Below are positions 51,053 through 64,000 of a DNA stretch of 64,000 nt, in pieces. A program made the translations under genes and the position numbers. Under the pieces are notes generated by a model that made no database searches, had not been told where the DNA came from, and saw only the letters and a list, made by a program, of their open reading frames with translations. The DNA is from Phoronis australis. Its lineage: Eukaryota > Animalia > Phoronida. The stretch covers positions 1,390,584 through 1,454,583 of the forward strand of contig NMRA01000008.1 in the NCBI GenBank assembly GCA_002633005.1, written 5' to 3'. Numbering within the stretch: the first letter of the stretch is position 1; each line of letters begins with the position of its first letter.

Positions 51053-54000
51053 AGTTTCTGTGCGCATGTATTCGTTTTAATGGCGTTAAAGTAAAATATG
51101 AACTATTTCCCCGGGAGATCTCCCTTTCGTTGTATTTTTATGGATTAGATACTCCTGCCTTCATGACTGGGATCCATAACATGAAAATTAGATAGTCTCC
51201 TGTTGCCTGACTCGCCCACGTTGTGTTTCTAAACACTTTCCATCACTCCGCTCTGTGAAGCGTTAGGAAGTGAGCAACAACTGAACATAAGTTGTAAATT
51301 AGGCACAGATTTATGCCCCTAAGAGAACGCTTCGCGTGTGCTCATGAATACCACGCATCACATATACCCAAAACGTAAAAAACTGGAGTTTAGGAGAGAT
51401 TTGGCGAAACTTCTGTCGCATCCGAGACAAAAATAGTTCGTACAGTGCGCTTTAGTAATTTCGTCACTAAATTTCATACAACTAAGTATTTTTGACGGAA
51501 GTGTTGTGAACATACAGTAACGTATCAGAAAAACTCAAAACCTTTCAAAGATTATAGATGTGAACGATCAGTCAGGCCGGCCCGCGCGTTGGAGTAAACA
51601 GAAAATCACCACCACAAGCGTGCGCTAGCAAGCAATGGAAAGTAGGTGGAGACTTTTTTCCCAGGCTTCTGTACCGTGCGCGACATGAATAAGATAATAC
51701 TCGCTAGTATTGGTTCCCGTAGTAAATGTCGTTATGAGCTTTTTCGGGAACAAAAAGCGACTGACTGGTGGTGCTTAGAACGCATTTACCCCCAAATGTT
51801 TGTCATTAGCTTTTGTCATTTTGTGGTCCTTAATATGACCGTTTTGTGCAAGCTGGACATTTTAGGCTGACAAATGACGCTTAATTTGATTAATGACTCA
51901 TAAGCAATCGACAAAATAAAATCGTACTGTCATTTCTAGAGATTCTGCGTTTTCCAGTCACCCCGAAAGATAAGCGCAGCATAAAGGGCCCCCATGGTAT
52001 AAATGGTTTCAGGCCCCAAGTCATTAGATTTCATCCTTTTCACCACAATTTTTGAAGTCCCCCAGTCGCCAAAGCTTTCGAAGGCCCCCGTGGCGAAAAG
52101 ACCCTAATTTTCACTTATCTTGGTCGCCTCAATTTTCCAGCTACCAAAGTCACCGCGACGTTTGAGGGTAACCGCGACGCTGAGGTGTGAAATGGGGGCG
52201 CGAGGCACAATATTAACTATTATCCTGAATTGCGCAAGATACCGTTCAACGTCTTTCCAAATATCGCGAAAATTGTGCACAATTGTCTTCGTAAGGGAAT
52301 CAAGATTCACAGCAAGAGCGAAACATTGGTTCAGTTTCACAATCTTCAGTTTGCCTAACGTACGGTTGTCTTTCTCTTTCGAAATGGAAGTAATCTTGCC
52401 GAATGCAGAATCATGCTGAAAATCAAACATCCTTCTGAGCATGCAAGAACAACAGCTAACAAACCTAACCTGGTACTCGCATGATTCAGGATGACAGGTC
52501 GCGTGTTAGGGAGGGGGGTGTTTTCCACACATGTGCCTGGTGTTAGTAACAGTGGGCACTGTACCGGTATCTATCAAAAAAGCGCCCAAGGCGGGAGATG
52601 GTCCAAAAAACAACTTCATGAAATCGTTGCTCAGGACGCCTTGCCGGAAATCCGCGGTATTTCCTTCAAACGCCATCAATTATAACAAACACACATAGAT
52701 TTATCATTCAACAACTCAGGTGATTACTCGATACAATTGGAGCCAGGTGAACGACCCGAATTAACAATATGCAGGAAATTGCGTGAATAGCTTGAAAAAG
52801 AAGGAAGCGTTCGCAATTACACTCAGTTTTGTCATGTTTGATAACCGCAAAGATGTTATTTGTAAACAGTCATGAGACGACTACAGAATACACGTCCACT
52901 TCACACGAATAGATTTCGAGCAGGTGGGCAGCCGCGAAAACGGATGAAACATTTTATTCACCATTTGTGCAGTTTTAAACACTATCCATACGAGCAGCCT
53001 TATATACTTATATAAAAAGATAGAAGGAATACCGCGTATCTAAAATTTATTTATAAAAGACAATAAACAAACTGTTCCGAGTAGTTGTTTATGAGCACAA
53101 GCAAACTACATTGATTACGCTAGTGCTAGTCTCGCCATCTGGTGGTTGCCTGAGTAACATGATTCCGTCCTGGTAATGAAGTTGCTACAAACCCAGCTTA
53201 TGACAAAAAGCTAACGTTTGACTTAAGCCAGTTACCGTCATCAACTTGATCTCATCTTATTCCTTACTCGGGTTAGACATGACTTCTGGTCTGGGGTAAA
53301 GTTAAAGCTGTTCGACTCTACAGCTCAATACGTTAAGAAGCGTTGTCTCTAGCAAATAAGTGGTCTGCATCAAAATTTTGATAAAAAATGATTTGTAGTC
53401 TGGAAACTATCTAATCGGGAAGACTGTCGTGCTTGTGTGGCATTATCTATTGTTTGGGGCAAAATATCAAAATGGCGATGTTATTTTATCATCAGTTAAG
53501 CTCCTTAATCCCTCGAAACCATGACATGTGGTGTGTGAGGTTTTCGTTTTGGGCAACTAAACTTGTGAACGCCAGACGTCCAACATTGTGCGTTCTTTTG
53601 GAGACCAACGAGTCATATCGAAACAAATTTATCGCCTCCTCGAAATTCAAATCACAAAATCTAAAATAAAAACAGTCGACGCTTATCTCTTTATAATCTA
53701 CAGTCTTTTGGAGTCTTGTAATAGTATCTGAAATAATATATTTTGAAAGAACACTAATTTTCTAAACGTAAGCATATTACTTTTGAATTGACAAACCACC
53801 AGGGTTTACCATCACTAGACAGGTTTCTTTTGTCTTTTTTTCACGCCACTTTTAATCAATTTGCCCTAGAGTGTAGAAAACGAGAGAGCTAAATTTCAAA
53901 ATACTACGAGCAGTTTGTACTCTGGAGTCATTTGAAACACTAGCTTCCCACGTACTCGTTTGTAGACAGCTTTGTTCTCATTAATTTATACGAATAAAAT

Positions 54001-54230
54001 ATGTGTCAACCATTTTTACGGAACCAAGCGAGGAATAACGAAAATCGTTACTTTCGTGGGCAGGCACGCGCATCGAGTTTTCCGTCTTATTTATGTGGTG
54101 CCTTGCGAGTGAATTCTGCACAGACCCTGGGCGGCAAAAGTAAGAGCATCAAAACCAAGAGAAAACTGATCAAATAGTGTGGAAAACGGCATCATCATTT
54201 GGTGACACTTGATTAAGAGGAAACCTGAGA

Positions 54231-54417
54231 TATTTATGTTTTTTCTTGCGAATTTCGAGCTATTCTGAATGACATTTAAATTTAAGTCGTCTTCGTACTT
54301 ATGCAACATAGTTCGTGGCGTTCCCTGGGCAAAGTAGATTACGATAAAATACTTATGGTTTTTCTTGAGCATTTTGATCAATTTTGAATGAACTTTAAAT
54401 TTAAGTCATCTTCGTCC
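54231..54417. repeat. Diverged direct duplication (~65 bp unit, 120 bp period)
   Basis: TTATG.TTTTTCTTG...TGAATGA..TTTAAATTTAAGTC.TCTTCGT occurs at ~54233 and ~54353. Confidence 0.7.
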
Positions 54418-56853
54418 GATACAATAACTAAAACAAAATGCCTTTAAACACAGCGAAAATCGCGCATATACCTCCCAGTAACATTGCGCGACTACTAGTT
54501 GTTATTCTAGTTCCTAAACAAGTCGCCAGCCGGCAGCACATGCAAGTCTGTAGTTTTGATCTCATTAAAAAACAGTGCCAGTAAGTTTATTCCTGAATGA
54601 GATTTTCTGTTCTTGAACGAGTTTCGAACGGTTGACTGTTCACAAAGGATTGGCAAATAATCTTGTTGGCTTGGTAACCGTTACAATTTTAGACTATATT
54701 GTGCGCAGATGGTACCTCGACCTCATCCGGCCGCGTTCGTATGTTTAGTTCACGGTGAACTTGTTCGCAGGTCATAAAAATATGCCATTCCTGAATTGAA
54801 ACAATACAGTAATACTTCGCCCATTTTGCAAACAAAGTAAAGTGAAGTGAAATTATTTTTCGTCAAATTTATCAACAAATGTAAAATTAATAGAATTTTA
54901 GTATTGTCAAATTACACCTTGTACTGCGGAGGTGTCATAAAGCAACGATGGGTAGTTTCAGTTAGTTGCAGGAAGGTAATCGTCCTTTGAAAAATGAGAA
55001 AATAACTATTTTCGCAATCGATTTTGTCCGAAATAAGTGACGAATCACCGTAACACGTAATACGCTGGAATAAGCTAAGCGCGAGTGCCTGACCAGCTGC
55101 GAAGGCGCGTGCAGAGTCGTTTCCACATTGACTTGATTCCCCGTCGTGGACTCGTTAGTCACCGTACACTATGGACGATATGACCACTACAGAAGATGCT
55201 TCGTGGGCCTTGATACTTTGGTATTACTGTCTTGTTGGACCGTGATGGAATGGGGAGCAGTTCAATCACGGCGCTGAGAGGTGAACTTTCTAAAAGAAGT
55301 TCGTTATGGCACGCCACGTTGAATCCTGTTTCCATGGACCTCCGTGGCTCGTGACAGCACGAGAATGTTTGTTATCTCGGCCGAGACGTGTGGGACCGTA
55401 AGGAGATTTCTGCGTGGACCGTCAAAACACGGAGAAGACTGCCTCTCGCGGACGGACACGTGAAAGTATTTAGAAGGCGGTCATCTTCAAGGCACCTTAG
55501 TTTCACCGGGAGAAGACGCTGCCTACATGGAGACGTGAAGTCACGTGCAGGCCGGTGTTGAGGTTAGCCAAGAGATACAGGTGGCAAGCCTGATAAATAC
55601 GTTTTAGTACGTGTTTTGGGTAGTAGTTTAGGCAAAGTGACAAAGCAAAACCACAAACAAAAGTTTTACCTGCAAAGACTACAAGCGGCCTAGAAGAATG
55701 TCCAAATTGTTCCCGGTCAAGAAATTAGTGCACGCCCGTTTCACAACACACTCTCTCTCTATGTATGTATAAATATATTGCAGTGTATGTTTTTATAGCG
55801 ACTGATCTACCGATCTATTTACAACTCTCGCCATTTACATGTATATGTATCATAGAAACCTAATTTGTCGTGTTTTTGTAAATACCTCTAATACAATTAG
55901 CACTGACATTTTCCAGTCTAGAAATGATGTGAACTCGTTATGACTCACGGCATTTGGTGCGAATTGTTCGATAGAAACGTTCTGATGCTTCAAGTCAGTG
56001 TAATGATTATTCAAACAAACCCCTGATGTATACAACCACCTTGGTTGTACGTTACGGTTTAAATCATGTTTGATTTTTAGCATGATTCACCGCCAGCAGT
56101 GTTATTGGGTCTCATTCGATGGATATTAATGTCTCCTACGCTATAACCTGAGAGGAGAAAAGCAACAAAACGAGAAATCAAAACATCTGTAACCTTCGGC
56201 CGACAAATTTGCTGGTGACCGATTCTTACATTTACGACTTATTTTATTTACTTCGCAAAATACGATCAATTGAAATTTCTCCTTCAATAACTGTTGATCA
56301 TAACTATGTATTAATAAAGCATGAAATGGTTCCACGTGATCAATGCACTGGGCCCACTTGAGCGACCTGCACACGTCTGGCACAACGTGTGCCATAACGC
56401 CTGCAATTGTTTTTTAAAAACTTTTCAGATAATTCGTACAATGCCCAAGTATGCGAAGAAGTTATACAAAATTTAAAAAATGTTAGAGAGTGCATAACTT
56501 AGTGCAAGTACCGCTGTTTCACAGAAATGCAACTACACCTACACGACATAAGCGGTAGGTTAGTTTTTGTCCCACTTCCGTTGACGTCATGGCACTAACT
56601 TAGGGTGCCACGAGGCATTTGCTACGAGAAACATTGGGTTATGGTGCAGAACTTGTGAGTTAACACACAGTTTCTCTCACAATTCAACAGACTCATCTCG
56701 CCACTACTTCAACGAACAGTGGGGCAAAAATCTGTCTTCCTACTTATGTCACAAACGGATTAATATTCTTTGATCATTTGCGCGTGCGCGTAATATCACA
56801 GGCACAGTTCACGAGAACATTGTTTTGACGTAACCTACAGATATTAACTGGTG

Positions 56854-56991
56854 CATGGGCGGCGCAGCACTGAAAAAAGTGGGGGGCTAAAGCCCTCTCA
56901 GTCCCCCTGTGGTGCACCGCCTATAGACCATGTGCGGCGTAGCACTGAAAAAAGTGGGGGGTCTATAGCCCCCTATGGTGCGCCGCCCATG
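56854..56991. mobile_element. Tandem dimer of short MITE family B
   Basis: Two head-to-tail units (start 56854 and 56929), each CATG.GCGGCG.AGCACTGAAAAAAGTGGGGG...GGTGC.CCGCC.AT. Confidence 0.8.
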
Positions 56992-57417
56992 TGGTGTTGT
57001 TATCACTTTATTCAAAGGGATACTGAACCTTGTTTTTGTAATTTCACCCAAGAGTGTTTCTCAGTGTTATTATATAATTAGCAAGTTTATACATCTTGAT
57101 GTTGAGTAATAAAAAGCATTCCTCACTGGGTCACAATGTGAATCTTGCCACAACAGTTCAAAGTCAAGCAAACTCAGTGTGAAATTTTCATATTTGTTCC
57201 AAACGTTTGAGGGTTGACTATAGAATATTATTTTGTTCAAAGATTTCAATGGTCTAAATGCCACGCTCAAATTGTACCAGCCACCATTATGACACAAGTT
57301 GGACCCACATAGGAATAGAAATGCAGTCACATCACATATTGAAAAATTTTTGCAGGTCTTGGATTTTTTCAGATTCAGGTAGCGTTTTCACGTAAGAACT
57401 TACAACCAAGTAAAGGC

Positions 57418-57610
57418 CATGCGCGCACCCAGCCGAATTTTTCGTTATGCGGACCTTTTACTGAAAGAAATCAACGAGGACTAATAAAAAAACGGGCCAC
57501 TAGGTTCAGGCCCACGAATTGGACTTTTGTCTCGTTTACTCGGACTATTTGTTTCATTGAGGCGGGCCTTTTTGTCCAATTCGCCAGAGCCCTTACTGGG
57601 TGCGCCCATG
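57418..57610. mobile_element. MITE with CATG(C/G)GCGCACCCAG TIR
   Basis: CATGCGCGCACCCAG ... CTGGGTGCGCCCATG terminal inverted repeats. Confidence 0.7.
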
Positions 57611-57733
57611 AAGACAAAAGTATGTTGTCATGCTAACATAATGTACATCTCCTTCCTCGGATAAACCCATTAGTATAGTCTAGTTACGCGTTAACCGATG
57701 CTATAGAAAAGAACTACCGGTACAACCTAATAC

Positions 57734-57887
57734 GGCCTCCCGTTCAGTAACGCTAGGACCTCGTTAAAAAACAAGACTTCCCGATATTACGTGAGATACT
57801 TCCGTGCATTTTAAGTGAGAGCACGTGACTAAAACTAGATTTTAGCTAGGTCCTAGCGTAGGTCCTAGCGTTACTGAACGCACGCCT
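57734..57887. mobile_element. MITE, family A copy 2
   Basis: TIRs CGTTCAGTAACGCTAGGACC / GGTCCTAGCGTTACTGAACG with an internal TAGGTCCTAGCG duplication. Reverse-complement homolog of 15432-15574. Confidence 0.8.
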
Positions 57888-59199
57888 GGACTTACATTTC
57901 AAAAAACGACGTTGCGTTCTCGTCGCGTCAGGATTTTCACTAGCTAATGCCGCCGTTGCATTCAGCTGATGTAAGTCCAGTATTAGGTTTTAGTTCTTTC
58001 CTACATTCATCGACTGGATGTCTAACATTCACCAATTGTTTAGTCATTGTTCTTGTAGGTAAAACACATCGAATGAGAAGGCCAACTCAACCTTGACAAA
58101 CATGCAAAAGCTCGATTGAAATAACTTGACAGTAGTCGAGTTCCAAGGTTGTGAATTCAATAACTAACAAAATAGTTTGAAGAGATCGCTCTGTAACTGA
58201 ACCTTTTAAAAGGGTAATGTTAGTCTTTTTCGTGTTTTAAAGACACTCTTTTCCGCTTCAGTTTCGACAAAAATTTCGTGAAACGGATTGCACCATCTAT
58301 TAAAGTAGACCAAACATCTTCTAAATAACGTGATAACATGCCGTTATTTTCCTTTCAAAATAAACAGACGTTTGAAGTCTTCATTTGGGAATTTCTGGCG
58401 GTGAACCAAATTTTACCAACAAGACTATACACAGGCGAAGTTGACGATCGGTATTAAATAACGTTAACACATAATATTGCGGTTGAAATTTACAACGTGT
58501 CTTTAATGTGTTATTTTTAAGTTGAAAAAACGTATTAGATGTTGGAAATAAGCAAAATAATGGAAGACCAGAAAGATCATTTTCAGCGCACCCAATGGCT
58601 AAAAAAAGAAAATCGACGTAGGCATTTTACTCTCGTAAAAGCGGTCTCATAATATTTCTTACTGAGATAGGATTCTATTTCCATCACCACTAACACCATT
58701 CAAACCATCAGCGACAGCGACTCAGAAAAAGATTTCAAAATTCACTCAGGATAGCCAACCCAAAACTTGCTGAGATTCGAAAATGGCTCACATGCGCGAC
58801 ATTGCCTGTGACTTGAGTTGCCAGTCCACTCGGCTTTAATTCAAGAGCGGGTCACCATGCTAATGTTTTAAAACCCTAAAGCGCCTCGATTTAGAATTCA
58901 ACATCGACAGTTAAACAGGGCAAAATGCTACTTTAACAAGACAATATACATGTATTAGTGTATGGTTGACGAACTTGGAAGATACCCTTTCCATTACATT
59001 CATAATTTAGATCACGTGATGAGTTTCGTCAATCGAAAGATATCACTAAAATATAACCATTTGCAACTTTCCGTCCATTTTGAGTTTGCCTTATTTTACT
59101 ATTCATTTTCACGGGGACGGGATTTCCGCGATAACCTCATTACATATGGCGACAGTTGAGTGAGTACCCATAATGCACGAGTCAGCTGTCACACAATAC

Positions 59200-59370
59200 G
59201 GCGGCCATTTTAGGCGGTGGTGCACCACCAAAAATAAAAATCAAACTACATTAAATATTCAGTTAAGTTTGAAAATTTGTAGTTGCGTTAAATGAGCATT
59301 ATCGCCTGATCTAACTAGCGTTAAAATCCGTTTTATGGAGTTTTTAACTAATATGAAGCAGAAAGAGTTT
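59200..59370. repeat. Old dispersed repeat, related copy at ~61593-61790
   Basis: Both start GGCGGCCATTTT..G.TGCACCACC..AAAT and share TTTGAAAA.TTGT downstream. Confidence 0.4.
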
Positions 59371-62300
59371 CATTATAGGGTACTATAGCGCTCCTCGTAT
59401 CTGTATCGTCACTGAAAACATGACCCACCTAGCTCACCTTTCTACAATGAACTCTCCGTCAAACAACCGAATGCGAAAAGTGGTTCTTTTGTTGTAAGCG
59501 CGTTTGTTGTTAGCGTCCGTCGAGTCACACAGAATTCATTGAGTCACAAATAAGGCCAAACGCAAAAAAACGAAATTGAAATTGAATCAGGGAAGTTTGT
59601 GTTCCTTGACAGTGATAGCCTATGACATGGAGTGGTTGACGAGCGGCTGCTTCTTTCGTCTTTTCTCGTGGAAGTGTGCAAATTGCTCTAGAACAGATTG
59701 CCAAGGAGCAGAGTGCCCCCAGTCACAGAATTTTTGGTTTCTCTGTTGAGTATTTCGCTGCCAGGGTGGTCTTCGCTGAAGCTGGTTGCACGTTACAGAG
59801 CTAGCGCGCTACAGCTGTCAGTGACGGTTAGTGGTGGATACTGGCAAGCTAAAGGTGGGAGGGTACGATCATCTCGCGTGAAAGACAACATCCGTTCAAC
59901 ATCATGTATGTCTTAGTGCAATATGATTACTAAATCCTTAAATTAAGCCACTAATATATTACAAAGAAAGTTCAGTGGAAGCAATTACCCAGCGTTGTTT
60001 TCTACGGAGTAGAAATTGGCTTAATTTGCTAGGGAATAAATGAGTGATTGCATTTGCATTTTTAACCTATATTTTAGATAAAAGCCATTGGAAGCCTATG
60101 CAACAAGACAGGATGTCAGTTAATTTTCTGTTATGAATGACTTGACCAGTGTGGGAACACATAGATAAAGAAACAGTTCGCGAGTAGATTGGGCCAACCG
60201 AATGGTTTCACCTAAAGGCCGAGCAGTTGTAAGCACGGACCGGGATTCAATTTCTGTGAACTTACAATTAAACACACAGAAAGACCTCTAAGCGTATCGG
60301 TTGAAGTTCGCGAATATCTGCCGGAGAGTAGTTGCTGCTCCCCAAGGTACGGACTGTAGTGATTCACGGCTGATCGACAGGAATTTTATAGGGTCAGGTT
60401 GCATAAAACTCGTGAACTAATTCGCTACATGAACTTGATTGTTGCATGGCGTCAAATGCATTGTTCAAATAATGACAACTTGACACACGATAATGCTACG
60501 TCATTGTTGTTATCCACCGTATACTATTGTGCAACCGGTGGTCCTGATTTTGGTTCGTTTCTTAACCCTGCAACATTGCACTTTCGGACGAAATGAGGTT
60601 ATTGCCATTGTCTTCTACTTTCATCTAAATTTTAAAGATCAAAGGAACCAGGTGTCTCTACGGGTCGTATCTACACCTGTGCTGTGATGGGATAGTACAA
60701 AATGACAAAACGATCTAGTTATCAACAACAGCAAACTAGATAACATTAATACTAATGTCTGGAAAACGCCGCAGGCTAGATGTACCGGAAATTTCTAGAA
60801 GACGTTGTCTGGAATATGCAATTTTTGGTCTTTCCTTAGCCCACAAATGCAGGCCTGGGAAAGTGAATAAAAGAAAGGCATAAAAATATTCTGAAACATG
60901 TTCGCGCAGGTACTAAAATGGCTCAAAATGAAAGCTAGAAGGATTTCTGTACACTATTTGGTCGAAATAGGAAATGGTAGACACGTGTTGAAGAAACGTA
61001 TTGCGTCTGTTACAATGACTTATTTTTTCTTTACAATGTCTTTTTTGACAACTCACACTGAACTTTACTTAGATTTGCCCAAGAAATACGCCACTAGCAT
61101 GTCTTACCTGCTCAATTCTCACCTTCAAGTCTCCAAAATTTGACAATTTGGGTTGCACTTTTATACGTCTAAATGTATCCGTCCTAGATATTCTTATGAA
61201 ATCTGCTATTGAGCCCCCATCCTCGACAGCACGTTGTGATCGGCAACTAACGCTGTGACGTAAACTGTGAGAAAATAGACGCGTTGCTCCAAAAATACGC
61301 GCGCTCTCTTGTACAGTAGTAGTCAGTGCTGACTGCTTGGGGAATATCGATCACTTGATTTTTATATTCCAAAATGTAAAGTAGTTGTTACGTTGTTTAG
61401 ATTTGAAAATGTCTGTACATTAATCGTAGGAGTGGTGATTTTATTCCGTCTTAAAGACACCCTTTCCTTTATTTTTCACCGCTTTGGAGCATACAGAGTT
61501 TAATCGATCAAAATAGGAAAATAGCGTAAATTACAGCTCTACATGTATTTGCGTTTTTACTATGAAAGTGAAGTTCAATGCTGGCCAACTTTGGCGGCCA
61601 TTTTGTTGATGCACCACCGGAAATTCGAAGACTATTGAATTAAAAAGTCCATACATATTTCTGGATATTTTGAAAACTTGTGATGACGTGTTGAAAGAAA
61701 ATCATTCGGTAATACGTTTAATTCAGTGGTTTGCGATCAAGTTCTTTTTTAATTTTTCTGAAGAACTAAAGAGGCGGAAAGCGTATCTTTAACAAAACGT
61801 GTTAGTGAATGATATACCTCATGCGAAGGGAATGGAATGAGTGCTCAAATACTCCTAAAACACAGAGCCATTAATCACGCGACTCTGTTATGAGCAACGT
61901 TTCACTTTCAAAAAACGGTAAAGTATAAATCGTCAACTTACTTTCCTTTATGGATAATTGATTTAGGAGCCCAAGCATTGTAGGCTGTCCAATTGTCTAT
62001 AAATACATAAAAATGAGATACCTGGAGAAACGTCCTAGAAAATTTGTTAGACATAGGCGACTTCGAAATTTATATGAACATTGGGCATGCTGCGAGGGAA
62101 TCGTGATGCCTTCGCCAAAACGTTTTGAAGACATGTGCTCGGAGAAATTCAGGGTAAACTAATGACGACCGGCAGGCGCAGAAATAGGTGTTGTAGACAT
62201 TAAGTTAATGATTATATGGACATCTGAAAGAGGTCTGTTGAAATTCACACGTTTCACTTTTTAACGAAACTGCAAAGATCGATATAGAGGCTCAATTGAA

Positions 62301-62562
62301 AATACAAGGCACAAAATACTCACTGTTATATCTTTACATTGTTTTGGCGAAAGCTTTAACTTCTCCTTGTCCTATTGAAGATCAAAAATTTCATGACAGG
62401 CTTCGATTACAAAGAAATCGCTCAGGTGAAACTTTCTTGGATAAGGCTTTCAAGCGAACGTCCTGTTTGCAGGCGACTTCAGTGGCGCTATAGTCACTCG
62501 CGAGAAACTTGCTGCGAGAAGTCGATCTTGCGTTGTAAGGTCACTCGATCAACACAGTTGGG

Positions 62563-63757
62563 GCCCTCATAAATATAGTTCTTCATTTACAAACACGGTT
62601 CACGACCCGATAAACTCAGTTCACCGACTCACGCCTGCGGCTCACCGACCGTCAGACACGGTACCGAACTCTCGAAACATGGCTACATAGTTAGTGAGCC
62701 CTGAGCTGTAGGAGCTTTAAAAAGGGTTTCGTGAGTACTTTCACACGACAGTTTTGTTTTGACGTTTCCCATTTAATTCATATATGTATTTTTCAATTGT
62801 AAAAAGCGCGTTTAAAGTTGCACATTTTCTTAAACCTTAGATATTGTTTATAATAACTCAAACCATGTAATTTCGGTCACACTGCTTGCAGACAAGTTAA
62901 AGATAATCTTTGGACTTCATTTTCGTTAAAAACCAGTACAAAATACAAAATGAGTTTTAACGTAAACCAACTTTATTAAAGCTCTTTCAACATGACATTA
63001 TTTTTTTCAAAATAAATAGAATGTAATAAACACGTTTTCGTAATTCTAAGCTACAAAAACTGTTAAAATCTTAAGCAATTTGATTATTTTTTCCACGCCC
63101 CTGGAACTTCGAAAAATACTCTGACGCATGTCTGCCTTTTCATGATCGAATTTAATATAAAAAAACTTTGAATTTTGGGCTAAACCGTTTTATCTGTACA
63201 TTTCGCATCTATCTGCCAAGGATTTCTTACTTTGATGCCCCTTGTAGATTGCTGCATCTACCGCGGGTATCTCAGTTTGTGATTGGCTAATGCTGTTGTT
63301 TACAGCGTCCTCTACTGCTCAACAGGTGTGAGAGTTTAATCCATATAAACTTCGCTTTTAACAGAAAATATGCAACTTAAAACGTGGAAACTTTTTAAAT
63401 AATGAATCAAAATTACTTTATTTAGTCATACGCAAATAAAGTAAATTGCCAGCTGAAAGTACTCAGGAAATATTCTAGTACAGCTCACGTCCCAATGACT
63501 ATAGACACACCTAACACACGTGCTCGGACTCACAGACGATGCACGGACTCAATGTCCATATTCCCTGATGAGCGGTCAGTGATCCGTGTTTGTGAATAGG
63601 GAACTGTGTTCGTGATTCGTAAGCTGAGTGTGTTTTTTGTTCCGGCGGTCGGTGAGTCATGTTCGGCGATATGTGAGCCGTGTTTGTAAGTCGATCAACT
63701 GATCTTATTGGGCCCGTGAGCCGTGTTTTTAAGTGAGAAACTATGTTTTATGAGTGC
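62563..63757. mobile_element. ~1.2 kb non-autonomous DNA transposon / foldback element with long imperfect inverted arms
   Basis: Left CTCATAAATATAGTT..AAACACGGTTCACG..TCAGTT matches the reverse complement of the right end (..CGTGAGCCGTGTTTTT..AACTATGTTTTATGAG). Further inverted pairs are TGAGCTGTA/TACAGCTCA and AAGTTGCACATTTTCT/AGAAAATATGCAACTT. No transposase ORF. Confidence 0.8.
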
Positions 63758-64000
63758 GGTTGCAGTGTAATTCGGGTAGCCTGGTTACGCAATGCAAACA
63801 ATGGGCCTTCTGGGTGTTGGCGAACCGTTTACTCCCACAATCCAACATTGCGGCTTTCCGGTAGCCGTCCAATAAGAAGACACTGAATAGTTCTCACTTG
63901 GTTTTGCTTTGCTGTGCACGCATCACTGGACTTGTCGCCTTTCTTCCACTCTGTCGAAAACTCTATGAACAAAATGAAAGTTGCGTGTATGTGTCATGTC

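Noticed and set aside
52104-52442. Overlapping 112-aa (-) and 99-aa (+) ORFs
   Set aside because: No family motifs and no flanking exon chain; adjacent to repeat-like sequence.
1-64000. CRISPR array, operon, prophage or other prokaryotic defence system
   Set aside because: No regularly spaced repeat-spacer array, no dense long ORFs; the sequence has spliceosomal gene structure throughout.

Overview
This is eukaryotic (metazoan) genomic DNA: AT-rich, with spliceosomal GT-AG introns, microsatellites and a 390-N assembly gap. It probably comes from a marine invertebrate, possibly a deuterostome, but the taxon is inference only. The main feature is a complete five-coding-exon FGF8/17/18-subfamily ligand gene on the minus strand: ATG 27399 to stop 9888, 249 aa, with a signal peptide split over two micro-exons and the 104-nt middle core exon typical of FGF genes. 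The ORF track shows only fragments of it. At the left end, small phase-compatible exons reconstruct the 3' end of a convergent plus-strand gene encoding an unidentified Glu/Asp-rich, Lys-rich protein. That gene lies in a CpG-depleted block containing a cluster of CTCF-like motifs. The ~36 kb upstream of the FGF start contains no recognisable protein-coding gene, only MITEs/foldback elements, Penelope-type remnants with minimal hammerhead-ribozyme cores, and simple repeats, which fits a developmental regulatory desert. I found no prokaryotic system, CRISPR array or clearly novel machinery. The best leads are the four-cysteine divergent FGF, the CpG/CTCF boundary, the duplicated alternative C-termini of the neighbour gene and the hammerhead candidates.
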